This document shows positions 1 to 9,717 of a DNA stretch of 64,000 nt, piece after piece. Origin of the DNA: an uncultured Chloroflexota bacterium (GTDB taxonomy: Bacteria > Chloroflexota > Chloroflexia > Thermomicrobiales > UBA6265); contig CALGSZ010000057.1 of assembly GCA_937901745.1 (NCBI GenBank), positions 3,816-67,815 on the forward strand, in the 5' to 3' direction. Under the pieces are notes generated by a model. The model did not search any database. It saw nothing but the letters and a program-made list of their open reading frames with translations, and was not told the origin of the DNA. Made by a program: the position numbers and the translations under genes. The stretch's first letter is position 1; each line of letters opens with the position of its first letter.

Positions 1-419
1 CGGGATGGGTGCTCTTTAGCCACACCGCGTTCGGCCGGCGCGTCCAGGCGGTGGGTAGCAATCGCCAAGCAGCGCGCTTTGCCGGCATTCGGATCGCGCG
101 GTACCGCGTCATGGTCATGACGCTGATGGGCTTCATCGTCGGCATCGCGGCGGTAACGGTCCTCGCGTTCAACCGAAACGGCAGCCCGACCGTGGGCGAA
201 GGGGACGAGCTGAAGGTCATCGCGGCGACGATCATCGGTGGCACGGCGTTGACCGGTGGTTCCGGCTCGGTTCCCGGCGCCGTTCTCGGGGCGCTCATCA
301 TCGCCATCATTCAGAACGGATTAGCCCTGCTTCGTGTCGATCCCTCGTGGGCCGTGGCGGTGACCGGCATCGTCATCATCGTCGCCGTCACCCTCGATTA
401 CGTGATCAAGCGGCGCTGA
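1..419 (+). CDS. Sugar ABC transporter permease (CUT2, RbsC/AraH-type), C-terminal fragment; 5' end outside window
   Basis: Frame is open from the window edge to the stop at 417-419. TM-rich tail with VIAATIIGGTALTGGSGSVPGAVLGALII, typical of RbsC-type permeases. Followed by a matching binding protein and tandem ATPase. Confidence 0.75.
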   Translation, partial: GWVLFSHTAFGRRVQAVGSNRQAARFAGIRIARYRVMVMTLMGFIVGIAAVTVLAFNRNGSPTVGEGDELKVIAATIIGGTALTGGSGSVPGAVLGALIIAIIQNGLALLRVDPSWAVAVTGIVIIVAVTLDYVIKRR

Positions 420-560
420 CGTCGGGCGCGGCTCCGCGTGAAGTCCGGGCCGCACGTGGAGGGAGGTGATCGCCAGACAACGTCATCGTGCTCGCGCCTC
501 GGCTCGTCCGCGGCGACCACTTGGTGAAGACTGCTCACGGGAGCAGGAAGGAGGGGCAAA

Positions 561-1655
561 ATGAAACGCGCGCGGTTCGTGCTCGCGCTTGTTGGCGCGG
601 CGCTGCTAGCGGGAATGCCGGCAGTCAGTGCGCAACAGGCGACACCTCCTGCAGATCACAGCGATATTCGCATCGCATACGTGCTCCACGGGATCAACGC
701 ATTCACCGAGCGGATCAAGACGGGCGCGCTGGATGCAGGGCGCGATTACGGCGTCACGGTGGATGTCTTCGGCGACGCGAGCTTCGACACGTCGACCCAC
801 CAAGGCTTCTTCCAAGCGGCGATGGACTCCGGCTACAACGGAATCGCCGTCGTGCCGAACCCTGGTGACCAGTGGATCACGCCGATACAGGAAGCGGTTG
901 ATCGTGGCATCCCACTGGTCGCGGCGAACGTCACGGCGCTCGACAGCGCGTTGACGACCTGGGTCGGGCAAGACGAGTACAACTCCGGCGTCATCCTCGG
1001 CAACGAGATGAAGAAGCAGCTCGAAGCCGCCGGCAAGACCGAGGGGCTGATCGTCGTTGGGATCTGCACGGCCGCGGCGCAGGTTCTCCAGGATCGGTAC
1101 GCGGGTTTCGTGAAAGCGATGGAGGGCACCAATTACGAGGTGTCCGAGGCCTATGAAGTTCTCATCCCTGTGCCGGACAACTACAGCCGGTGGGAAAACC
1201 TCGCTGCCGCCAATCCTGAGGCCATCGCGATGGTCGGGCTCTGCTCGATCGACATCGCGAACTTGGCGCAGCTGAAGGAGCGCAACCAGGCCGAGTGGCT
1301 AATTGGTGGCTACGACCTCGACCCGCCGACGCTCGATGCGATCAAGAGTGGTCTCGCCCAGGTGACGGTCGGGCAGCAGGAATATCTGCAGGGCTACCTG
1401 CCGGTCCGTGCCCTAGCCGAGCACTTGATCAACGGGACGCCGCTGGTCCAAGGCTGGTTGGAATGCCCGACCGAGGTGGTCACGGCGGAGAACGTGGACC
1501 AGTACATCGAGCGGCAGACGAACGATCAAGCGCAATACGACTACTACCAGCAATACATGCAAGAGCATTTCGCGGACCTGCAGGCGGCGGCGCGGCCGTA
1601 TGACGACCTGCGAACGCCGGGCATGCCGCGCAGCGACGCGACGCCGACGGCGTAG
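561..1655 (+). CDS. Periplasmic sugar-binding protein (type I PBP, CUT2 family)
   Basis: ATG at 561 preceded by GGAAGGAGGGG. Sec-type signal MKRARFVLALVGAALLAGMPAVSAQQ. RbsB/LacI-like PBP sequence pattern. Sits between the permease and the ATPase. Confidence 0.8.
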   Translation: MKRARFVLALVGAALLAGMPAVSAQQATPPADHSDIRIAYVLHGINAFTERIKTGALDAGRDYGVTVDVFGDASFDTSTHQGFFQAAMDSGYNGIAVVPNPGDQWITPIQEAVDRGIPLVAANVTALDSALTTWVGQDEYNSGVILGNEMKKQLEAAGKTEGLIVVGICTAAAQVLQDRYAGFVKAMEGTNYEVSEAYEVLIPVPDNYSRWENLAAANPEAIAMVGLCSIDIANLAQLKERNQAEWLIGGYDLDPPTLDAIKSGLAQVTVGQQEYLQGYLPVRALAEHLINGTPLVQGWLECPTEVVTAENVDQYIERQTNDQAQYDYYQQYMQEHFADLQAAARPYDDLRTPGMPRSDATPTA

Positions 1656-1745
1656 CTGTCTCGATCTCTGTCCGGCGATCGGCTCGGGATCGTTCGCCAA
1701 TAAGCCGATCGCCGGACCTGCACACCGCGCGCGGAGGCGCTGAGC

Positions 1746-3341
1746 ATGGCGGACACTGGCCAGCCCGATCGTGAGCTGATCCGGCTGGAGGGAATCACGA
1801 AGCGATTCGGCGGGGTGACGGCCCTGCACGACGTCAGCTTCGGCATCCGGCGTGGCGAGATCCACGCGGTTGTCGGGGAGAACGGGGCCGGCAAATCGAC
1901 CCTGATGAAGATCCTCGCCGGTGTGCACCAGCCGGACTCGGGGAGCATCATCCTGCGCGGGGAGGAGGTGACGATCACCGACCCGCTGCATGCCCAGCGC
2001 TTGGGGGTGAGTATCGTCTTCCAGGAGCTGAACCTCTTTCCCCACCTCTCGGTGGCCGCGAACATCTTCCTCAATCGGGAGTTGCGGAAACGCGGCGGGC
2101 TGCTTGACCACCGGGCGATGGCCGAGGCCGCGCGGGGCGTGCTCGACCAGATGGGCGTGGCGCTCGATCCGCGCGTGAAGGTCGGCAAGCTCACGGTCGG
2201 CGAGCGGCAAGTGGTCGAGATCGCCCGGACGCTGGCGCAGCGCGCCGAGATCGTCATCATGGACGAGCCGAACTCCGCCCTCACCGCGAGCGAAACGGAG
2301 CGCCTTTTCGCGATTCTCCGCCGGCTGCGCGAGAACGGCCTGACAATCATCTACGTCTCCCATCGGCTGGAGGAAGTCTTCGCGATCGCCGACCGCATCT
2401 CGGTGATCCGGGACGGGCGGTATCACGGGACGTGGCGGGTGCAGGAAACCTCGATCCCGGAAATCATCACCGCGATGATCGGGCGTCGTCTCGAAGAAGC
2501 CTTCCCCGTGCGGGAGCCGGTTCCCCCTGACAAGCCGGTCGTCTTGGAAGTGCGCGATCTGCGCAAGGGCGACAAAGTCGGCCCAGTCAGCTTCGCCGTG
2601 CGAGAAGGGGAGATTCTTGGCTTCGCCGGGCTCGAAGGGTCGGGCGTTAGCGACGTATTTCACATCCTCTTCGGACTGGAGAAACCGTCGGCGGGCGAAG
2701 TGATCTATCGAGGACAGCCCGGAGCGCGCGTCCGTGGCCCGCACGACGCCATCAAGCGCGGCTGGGGATTGGTCCCGGCGAACCGCCGCGATGAGGGCCT
2801 GATGCTCAATTGGTCGATCAGGCGAAACACCAGCCTCGCGGTGCTGGACCGGCTCTTGGTGGCGCTCGGGCTGATCGACCGAGCAGCTGAGCGCGATTTG
2901 GCGACGGGCTATGTGCGGAAGCTCAACGTTGCCACGGATAGCATCGATAAGCGCGTCGTCAATCTCTCCGGCGGAAACCAACAGAAGATCGTGGTCGCGA
3001 AGTGGCTCGCGACCGGACCCTCGATCCTGATCCTGAACGACCCGACTCGCGGTGTTGATGTGGGAGCGAAGTCGGAGATCTACCACCTCTGCGATCAGCT
3101 CGCGCGAGAAGGTCTGGCGCTGCTCTTCACCTCGTCGGAGGTGGAGGAGACGCTCGGGATCGGTGACCGGGTGCTGGTCATGGCGAAGGGACGAATCGTC
3201 AAGGAGTTCGCTCGCGGTGAGGCGACCAAAGCGGACGTGATGTTCTGGATGGCTGGCGGGGCAGCGGCCGAGGAGACGGTCCCCGATCCAGGTGAAACGC
3301 TCGCTCCGGTCGCTGGCGGTGATAGTGGCGCCGTTGCGTGA
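1746..3341 (+). CDS. Sugar ABC transporter ATP-binding protein with two fused ATPase domains (RbsA/MglA-type)
   Basis: Walker A GENGAGKST, signature LTVGERQ and LSGGNQQK, Walker B IVIMDEP and ILILNDP. 531 aa. GGAGG lies upstream of ATG 1746. Confidence 0.9.
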   Translation: MADTGQPDRELIRLEGITKRFGGVTALHDVSFGIRRGEIHAVVGENGAGKSTLMKILAGVHQPDSGSIILRGEEVTITDPLHAQRLGVSIVFQELNLFPHLSVAANIFLNRELRKRGGLLDHRAMAEAARGVLDQMGVALDPRVKVGKLTVGERQVVEIARTLAQRAEIVIMDEPNSALTASETERLFAILRRLRENGLTIIYVSHRLEEVFAIADRISVIRDGRYHGTWRVQETSIPEIITAMIGRRLEEAFPVREPVPPDKPVVLEVRDLRKGDKVGPVSFAVREGEILGFAGLEGSGVSDVFHILFGLEKPSAGEVIYRGQPGARVRGPHDAIKRGWGLVPANRRDEGLMLNWSIRRNTSLAVLDRLLVALGLIDRAAERDLATGYVRKLNVATDSIDKRVVNLSGGNQQKIVVAKWLATGPSILILNDPTRGVDVGAKSEIYHLCDQLAREGLALLFTSSEVEETLGIGDRVLVMAKGRIVKEFARGEATKADVMFWMAGGAAAEETVPDPGETLAPVAGGDSGAVA

Positions 3342-3383
3342 GGGGCACGGTGACGCGCTCGTGATGCGATGAAGGAGATGAGG

Positions 3384-4205
3384 ATGCGCGCGAATCATGT
3401 TCGGCGGAAGTTGGCGGCGGGGGAGATTTCCATCGGGACGATGGTCTTCGAGTTCAACACGACAGGCATCGGCCGCATCATCGGCGAGGCCGGCGCCGAG
3501 TTCGCCGTCTTCGATATGGAGCACACCGGCTGGAGTATCGAGACGATCCGCATGCTGATGGCGACGACGCGGGCGGCGGATGTCATCCCAATGGTGCGCG
3601 TACCCGCCACGCAGTACCACCTGCTGGCGCGACCGCTCGATGTCGGCGCGATGGGCCTGATGGTCCCGATGGTGGAGGACGAAGCCCAAGCGCGGTTGAT
3701 CGTGCAGTCGGCCAAGTATCCGCCGATGGGACGGCGTGGCTGCGCGTTCGGCATCGCCCACGACGACTACAGCGGCGGGGATGTCTTCGAAAAGATGCAG
3801 AGCGCCAACGACGAGATCATGCTCATCGCGCAGATCGAGACGGCGCGCGGCGTAGAGAACGTCGATGCGATCGCCGCGGTCGAGGGCATTGATTGCATCT
3901 GGATCGGGCATTTCGACCTGACGGCTTCGCTCGGCATCCCCGCCCAGTTCGATCACCCATCGTTCCAGCAAGCGGTGGACGCGGTGGTCGCCGCCGGCCA
4001 GCGCCACGGCAAGGCGGTCGGGATCATGGCGTCCAGCGTCGCCAACGCGCAGGACTGGATCGCGCGTGGCTTCCGGGCCGTCGCCTACTCCGGCGATCTC
4101 TGGCTGTACCAGCAGGCACTTGCCCAGGGGATCGCGGCGATTCGCGACGCGGCCGGGGCAGTGGCTTCTGGCGCGACAGGTAAGGCGCCGGACAAGAGGC
4201 GCTGA
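3384..4205 (+). CDS. HpcH/HpaI-family 2-keto-3-deoxy-acid aldolase
   Basis: Family-like sequence (GTMVFEFNT..., MVRVP, AQIETARGVENVDAIAAVEGIDCIWIGHFDL). GAAGGAG at 3371-3377 favours ATG 3384; ATG 3369 and 3378 are alternatives. Confidence 0.8.
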   Translation: MRANHVRRKLAAGEISIGTMVFEFNTTGIGRIIGEAGAEFAVFDMEHTGWSIETIRMLMATTRAADVIPMVRVPATQYHLLARPLDVGAMGLMVPMVEDEAQARLIVQSAKYPPMGRRGCAFGIAHDDYSGGDVFEKMQSANDEIMLIAQIETARGVENVDAIAAVEGIDCIWIGHFDLTASLGIPAQFDHPSFQQAVDAVVAAGQRHGKAVGIMASSVANAQDWIARGFRAVAYSGDLWLYQQALAQGIAAIRDAAGAVASGATGKAPDKRR

Positions 4206-4292
4206 GATCGGGCGCTCGAGTTGAGAGCTGGTCGCGCGTGGGCGCGAACAGGACGGTGCCGCGACGACGCGGCTCGCGAGGAGGAGCGGGAC

Positions 4293-5879
4293 ATGGATCA
4301 GTCACGCGATCGCAAGTACGACGAGCGGCTGTACCAATTCGTCGAATCGCGGGTCAAGCGGATGATGGCCGCCTCGATCGACCGGCGGAGCTTCCTCAAG
4401 AAATCCGCCGCTGCCACGGCCGTCGGGATCGGGGCAGCTTCCGTTCGCGCTTCGCTGACGCCGTCGGCGGTCTCGGCGGCCCGGAAGGTGTTGCAGCAGT
4501 CGGGAGACTCGGCGGAGGCGGCGGTCGCCGCCGCGCGGAAGCTAAGGGAAGAAGGCCAGGTCGAGAAGCTGACGATCATCTCCGAGGCGGGACTTCAGGC
4601 CGAAGATCTGAAGGTCTTCTCCGGCCCGCTGTGGAAGGAACTGACCGGCATCGAGCTCGAAGTGATCGAGAAGCCATTTGACGAGATCTTCCCGACGATG
4701 GTGCAGGAGCACCTCGCCGGCACCGGGGCGATCGACATCTTGCAAGTCGTGCCGGCCTGGCTGGCCGACTGTGTGACCCAGGGGATCGTCGAGCCGCTCA
4801 ATCCCTACATCGAGCAGTACATGAACCCTGCCGATCTCGACGATATCCACCCGACGTACCGCGACCTGATGAACTACGGCGGCCAGATCTACGGCCTCTT
4901 CGACGATGGCGATACGCTGATCGGCTACTACCGGTCCGATCTCTTCGAGGATCCGGTGCACCAAGACGCCTTCCGCCAGCAGCATGGCAAGGAGCTCGGG
5001 CCGCCGGCGACGTGGGAGGACTACGACCTCATCCAAACCTACTTCACCGAGGCGCTCGCGCCGGAGATCTACGGCGGCGCTAGCCAGCGCAATCCGATTC
5101 AGTCCAATCACTGGTTCAGCCAGGAATTCCGCGTTCGCGGCGGCAAGTTCTTCGACCCGGAGACGATGCAAGCGACGCTCGACTCCGAGGCCGGAGTGGC
5201 GACGCTGACGCGCATGCTCGAGTCGAACAAGTCGATGCCGCCCGGCGTCGAGCAGTGGGGCTTCGTTGAGGTCCTGACCGCCTGGCTGCAAGGCCAGCTC
5301 GCGATGGTCGGCTGCACCTGGCCGCCGTATGCCCGCTTCTCGGAGGAGTACGGCAAGGACACCAAGCAGATGGAGTGGGTGCCGCCTTCGACTATCTCGG
5401 GGAACGTCAAGTACTTCGTGATGCCGGGTGGCTGGAGCCAGCAGGCGTCGGGCTTCATGCTCAACGTCTCGGCCGACAGCAAGGCGAAAGAAGCGGCCTA
5501 CCTCTTCTCGCAGTGGGCGAACAGCCCGACGATCAGCCTCGAGCGCGTGCTCTTGCCGTACTCCCTGCGTGACCCGTTCCGCATCAGCCACTACGAGTCG
5601 CAGGAGTATCGGAGCAAGTGGCCGAACGCCGGGCTCTACCTCGATACGCTCCGGGCGTCGGCGGACAACTGCTTGCTCGATCTCATCATGCCTGCCGCGC
5701 ACGACTTCGAGGTCGCGATGGACCAAATGTTCGGCGCGGCGCAGGGTGGCATGCCGGTCGAGGAGGCGCTGGCCCAGGGCAATCAGGCGTTCAACGATCT
5801 CGTCGAGCGCGGCGGCCGCGACGCGATGAAGGCCGCCTACGCCGAGTTCATCAAGCTCAAGGGCGCGTACCCGGCGTAG
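4293..5879 (+). CDS. Extracellular solute-binding protein family 1 (CUT1 ABC transporter), Tat-type signal
   Basis: ATG 4293 follows GAGGAG. Twin-arginine motif DRRSFLKKSAAATAVGIGAA. SBP_bac_1-like body. Followed by MalF- and MalG-type permeases. The upstream ATG 4221 of the track ORF lacks support. Confidence 0.8.
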   Translation: MDQSRDRKYDERLYQFVESRVKRMMAASIDRRSFLKKSAAATAVGIGAASVRASLTPSAVSAARKVLQQSGDSAEAAVAAARKLREEGQVEKLTIISEAGLQAEDLKVFSGPLWKELTGIELEVIEKPFDEIFPTMVQEHLAGTGAIDILQVVPAWLADCVTQGIVEPLNPYIEQYMNPADLDDIHPTYRDLMNYGGQIYGLFDDGDTLIGYYRSDLFEDPVHQDAFRQQHGKELGPPATWEDYDLIQTYFTEALAPEIYGGASQRNPIQSNHWFSQEFRVRGGKFFDPETMQATLDSEAGVATLTRMLESNKSMPPGVEQWGFVEVLTAWLQGQLAMVGCTWPPYARFSEEYGKDTKQMEWVPPSTISGNVKYFVMPGGWSQQASGFMLNVSADSKAKEAAYLFSQWANSPTISLERVLLPYSLRDPFRISHYESQEYRSKWPNAGLYLDTLRASADNCLLDLIMPAAHDFEVAMDQMFGAAQGGMPVEEALAQGNQAFNDLVERGGRDAMKAAYAEFIKLKGAYPA

Positions 5880-5880
5880 A

Positions 5881-5904
5881 GGGGGTAGGGGGTAGGGGTT
5901 GGGG
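5881..5904 (+). other. Canonical four-tract G-quadruplex motif GGGGGTAGGGGGTAGGGGTTGGGG, followed by TGG
   Basis: Read directly from the sequence. Begins 2 nt after the TAG stop (5877-5879) of the binding-protein gene, on the sense strand, in the 148-nt gap before the permease gene. Confidence 0.7.
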
Positions 5905-6027
5905 TGGCGACGTTGCCGCTCCAGCCGGAGGGCATGGGGCCACGGGAAGCGCGACGAATGAACGACGAGCGCGCTACCTCGTGGTCCCACGCTCCCGGTT
6001 CTCAGATCCCGAGGAGGGACGGTCAGC

Positions 6028-6975
6028 GTGAGCGTCACATCTGGTTCAGTCACCGCGGCGAGTGAGACCCATCGGGTCGGGCGGATCCAGAGCTTTGCTG
6101 GCCGCCGCCGATTCGAGGGCTGGCTGATGGTCGCGCCGGCGATCGTCGTTTTCCTCGCGCTCGGTATCTTTCCGCTGATCTACTCCCTGGTCATCAGCTT
6201 CCAGCGTCGTGACCTAATGCGGGCGAACACCAATGAGTGGGTCGGCTTCGCCAACTACTCGAAAGCGCTGCGAGACGATCGCGTCTGGAACGCGCTGCAG
6301 AACACCATCGGCCTAACGGTCTTCGGGATCGCCATCGAATTCGTGCTCGGCCTCGGGCTCGCGCTCATCCTGGTCGATGAGCTTCGCGGCAAGCGGTTCA
6401 TCATCCCGATCTTGATGCTCCCGGTGATGATGGTCCCGGTCATTGTCGCGCTCATCTGGCGCATGCTCTGGGATAACCAATACGGGGCGATCAATCAGAT
6501 CTTGAGCTGGATCGCGGGCCATGACGTCAATATCGTTTGGTTGCTGACCGATAAGAATCGCTCGCTCGTCGCCATCCTCGTCACGCAGGTCTGGCAGTGG
6601 ATGCCCTTCATGTTCCTGATCATGCTCGCCGGTCTGGCGGGGATTAGCCCCGATCTGTACGAAGCGGCGGCGCTTGACGGAGCGAGCTGGTGGCATACGT
6701 TCCGCGACATCACGCTGCCGGGCTTGGCCAACGTCATCGCGGTCGCGATCCTCTTCCGCGCCATGGACGCCTTCAAGATCTTCGACCTGATTTTCATGAT
6801 GACCAAGGGCCAACCCGGCACCTCGACGGAGACGGTTTCCTGGTACATCTATGACCGAGGCCGCCAGGCGCTCGAGATGGGATACGCCGCGGCGCTCTCC
6901 TTCCTCTTCCTCATCTTCGTGACGATCGTCGCGACGATCTACATCAGCCGCTTCCTCAGGGGGCACGAGGCATGA
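6028..6975 (+). CDS. ABC transporter permease (MalF/UgpA-type, CUT1)
   Basis: GTG 6028 preceded by GAGGAGGGA. Six-TM pattern with the EAA-loop region LYEAAALDGASWWHTFRDITLP. Confidence 0.85.
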   Translation: MSVTSGSVTAASETHRVGRIQSFAGRRRFEGWLMVAPAIVVFLALGIFPLIYSLVISFQRRDLMRANTNEWVGFANYSKALRDDRVWNALQNTIGLTVFGIAIEFVLGLGLALILVDELRGKRFIIPILMLPVMMVPVIVALIWRMLWDNQYGAINQILSWIAGHDVNIVWLLTDKNRSLVAILVTQVWQWMPFMFLIMLAGLAGISPDLYEAAALDGASWWHTFRDITLPGLANVIAVAILFRAMDAFKIFDLIFMMTKGQPGTSTETVSWYIYDRGRQALEMGYAAALSFLFLIFVTIVATIYISRFLRGHEA

Positions 6976-7880
6976 GCATGTCCACTCTCGCCCAGCCCAT
7001 CGGAATGAACGCCGACGCGCTGCGCCAGCAGCGGGCGCATAGACGCCGTAAGCGGCTCACGCGGGCGTTGCGCTACGCCGTGGTGCTGATCGCGCTGGTC
7101 TGGGTGCTCTTCCCGATCTATTGGATCGTCTCCACCTCGTTCAAGCTGCCGGCGGAGCTCTTGCGCAATCCACCGGTCTGGATCCCACAGGAGCCCTCGA
7201 CCGCGCACTACCGGACGATCATGGAGGAGAAGGGGCGCGTCGCGCTCAAGAACAGCCTCGTGATCGGGGTTTCGGCGACCGCGCTCTCGATCGTCATCGG
7301 CAGCCTCGCCGCCTACTCGCTGGCGCGGTTCCGCACCGGCGGACGTCACCTCGCGTTCTGGATCCTGTCGCAGCGGATGATGCCGCCGATCGTCCTCGTC
7401 ATCCCGTTCTTCCTACTACTGACGGAGTTGGGGAAGCGCGTCGAGCAGCTTGGCGTCGATCGCTACCCGCCCCTGATCGCGATCTACACGATGGCGAATC
7501 TGCCATTCGTCATCTGGATGATGCGCTCGTACTTTGCGGGCGTGCCGGCGGAGCTCGAGGAGAGCGCGTTGGTGGACGGCAGCACGCGCTGGGGCGTGCT
7601 CTGGCGCATCACCCTGCCGCTGACGATGCCCGGACTGATCGCGACCGCGACGTTCGCCTTCATCTTCTCGTGGACCGAGTTCCTCTTTGCCGTCTCGTTC
7701 ACTCGCACGGAATCTGTGACCATCCCGGTCGTCATCGCCGGGTTGACAGGGGCGCAAGGCTCCAACTGGGGACAAGGCGCCGCGCTAGCATGCATTGCAA
7801 CCGCGCCGGTTTTTGTGCTCGGACTGCTCGTTCAGCGACACTTCGTTCGTGGATTGACGCTGGGAGCCGTTCGCGGCTAG
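6972..7880 (+). CDS. ABC transporter permease (MalG/UgpE-type, CUT1)
   Basis: ATGA overlap with the upstream permease. EAA loop LEESALVDGSTRWGVLWRITLP. Confidence 0.85.
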   Translation: MSMSTLAQPIGMNADALRQQRAHRRRKRLTRALRYAVVLIALVWVLFPIYWIVSTSFKLPAELLRNPPVWIPQEPSTAHYRTIMEEKGRVALKNSLVIGVSATALSIVIGSLAAYSLARFRTGGRHLAFWILSQRMMPPIVLVIPFFLLLTELGKRVEQLGVDRYPPLIAIYTMANLPFVIWMMRSYFAGVPAELEESALVDGSTRWGVLWRITLPLTMPGLIATATFAFIFSWTEFLFAVSFTRTESVTIPVVIAGLTGAQGSNWGQGAALACIATAPVFVLGLLVQRHFVRGLTLGAVRG

Positions 7881-7926
7881 GGACAAGAGGACTCGCTACC
7901 AGCGAGCCAGAGTCGGTGAGGAAGAT

Positions 7927-8853
7927 ATGCACGTTGCCATCATTGGACCAGGATTGATGGGCTCGCAGATCGCCTGCGAGTACGCCCTCGGCGGGCACGA
8001 CGTTACGGTCATCTACCGCCGGCGGGATCTCGCCGAGCAGCGCCTTGACAACGCTTGGCAGGTCGCCGCGAAGGCCGAGCTCGCCTCCGACGATCAACTG
8101 AAGGCGGCGCGCGAGCGTATCTCGCTCGCGCCCGGTCTGGATGCCGTAACGCGGGCGCCGGATCTCGTCGTGGAGTCGGTCGTCGAGGACGTCGAGGCGA
8201 AGATTGCCGTCTTCAAGGACGTCGCGTCGCGCTGGCCGAATGCGATCCTCGCCTCGAACACATCGGCGATCCCGATCACCAAACTCGGGGAGGGTGCCGG
8301 AGCGCCGGAGCGGACAGTCGGCACGCACTACTGGAACCCGCCGCTCCTGATGCCGCTGGTCGAGGTGATCTCCGGCGAGAGGACGTCGCCCGACGTCGTA
8401 TCGCGCACGATGGACGTCCTTCGCGCTCTGGGCAAGCGGCCGATGCACGTCCGCCGCGACGTGACGGGCTTCCTGTGGAATCGGCTTCAGCTGGCGCTGC
8501 TGCGGGAGGCGGTGTGGATCGTCGAGCAGGGCGTCGCCGACCGGGCCGTCGTGGATGAGGTCGTCCGCAACGGCTTGGCGCGTCGCTGGCGGCAGACCGG
8601 ACCGTTCGAGACGATGGCGCTGGGCGGACCCGACACGTTCGCCCGCGTCGCCGCGCTGATTTTCCCCGAGCTATCGAATGCCAAAGAGCTACGTGACCCA
8701 CAGCGACTGCTGAACTTCGAGCCTGGTGAGCTAGAAGCGATTCGGCAACGGCGCGATGCCGGGTTGATCGAGGAATTGCGGCGAGATTGGGCCACCGGGC
8801 AGGTGGCAAGAGAAACCGCGAGCGACGGCTCGGTGAAAAGCGAGGAGAGGTAA
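7927..8853 (+). CDS. 3-hydroxyacyl-CoA dehydrogenase-family NAD-dependent dehydrogenase (substrate unknown)
   Basis: N-terminal Rossmann motif VAIIGPGLMGSQIA. NTSAIPIT and HYWNPP motifs of the 3HCDH family, which also contains sugar-acid 3-dehydrogenases. Confidence 0.75.
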   Translation: MHVAIIGPGLMGSQIACEYALGGHDVTVIYRRRDLAEQRLDNAWQVAAKAELASDDQLKAARERISLAPGLDAVTRAPDLVVESVVEDVEAKIAVFKDVASRWPNAILASNTSAIPITKLGEGAGAPERTVGTHYWNPPLLMPLVEVISGERTSPDVVSRTMDVLRALGKRPMHVRRDVTGFLWNRLQLALLREAVWIVEQGVADRAVVDEVVRNGLARRWRQTGPFETMALGGPDTFARVAALIFPELSNAKELRDPQRLLNFEPGELEAIRQRRDAGLIEELRRDWATGQVARETASDGSVKSEER

Positions 8854-8932
8854 GGAACTGGGAAACAAGCGAAGCTCACGAAGCGCCGATGCGACGAACT
8901 CAACCACGCCAGTTACTCGTGAGGCAGCGAGG

Positions 8933-9679
8933 GTGAACCCAAAACTTGAAAACATTGATCCGATAAAACGCGAGCCGGTAGCGACACAAGTTGCGCGGCG
9001 CCTCGTTGACTACATCCTCTCGGGACGCATTGAGCCAGGTGACCGCATGCCGTCCGAGCGCCAATTGGCCGAGGCGTTCGGCGTCGGCCGATCCGCGATG
9101 CGTGAGGCGTTGAAAGCGTTGTCGCTGATCGGGTTGATCGAAGTCCGGCAAGGTGACGGTACCTACGTCAAGCGGGCCGATTCCGCGCTCTTGCCAGAGG
9201 TGATCGAGTGGGGGCTGCTCCTGGGCGAGCGTCGGACGATGGATCTGGTGGAAGCGCGCCAGCACCTCGAAGTCATCATCGCCGGGCTCGCGGCGCGGCG
9301 GCGATCGGAGGAGGATGTCGTCGCGCTCCGGCGGCTGCTGGAGCGGATGGAGCGGAGCGATACGGATTACGAGGGATTCGTCGAGGCCGACGTTGCCTTC
9401 CATCAACGCCTCGCCGACGCGGCGCGCAACTCGGTCCTCAAGGAGATCCACTCGAGCGTGCAGGCGCTCTCTCGCGCTTGGATTCGCCGCGTCATCACCT
9501 CGGCGGCAGATACGCGGCCGTCGTACCAGGAGCATGTCCCGATTCTCGAAGCGATCGAGCGCGGCGACCCGGCGGCTGCCGCGGCGGCGATGGAGCATCA
9601 CATGGCATCCGCGGCCGAGCGCCTCAAGCGGACCTTGGATGCGCAGACCGCCGAGGCCGCCGAGGGCGCTGCGACATAA
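8933..9679 (+). CDS. GntR-family transcriptional regulator, FadR subfamily (FCD domain)
   Basis: wHTH segment PSERQLAEAFGVGRSAMREALKALSLIGLIEVRQGDGTYV, followed by an all-helical C-terminal domain. GTG start after GAGGCAGCGAGG. Confidence 0.85.
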   Translation: MNPKLENIDPIKREPVATQVARRLVDYILSGRIEPGDRMPSERQLAEAFGVGRSAMREALKALSLIGLIEVRQGDGTYVKRADSALLPEVIEWGLLLGERRTMDLVEARQHLEVIIAGLAARRRSEEDVVALRRLLERMERSDTDYEGFVEADVAFHQRLADAARNSVLKEIHSSVQALSRAWIRRVITSAADTRPSYQEHVPILEAIERGDPAAAAAAMEHHMASAAERLKRTLDAQTAEAAEGAAT

Positions 9680-9717
9680 TCGGCGATCCGCATCGCTGAA
9701 GGGAGGAGGAGCGAGCG

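Noticed and set aside
440-450. GAAGTCCGGGC resembling the RNase P RNA conserved region
   Set aside because: It sits in a 141-nt intergenic spacer, which is far too short for RNase P RNA. No other conserved regions are present.
1413-4007. 864-aa minus-strand ORF, the longest in the track, antisense to the ABC ATPase and aldolase genes
   Set aside because: Arg/Pro/His-rich nonsense composition with no motifs. It lies exactly opposite well-supported genes. Long antisense shadow ORFs are expected at this GC content because stop codons are AT-rich.
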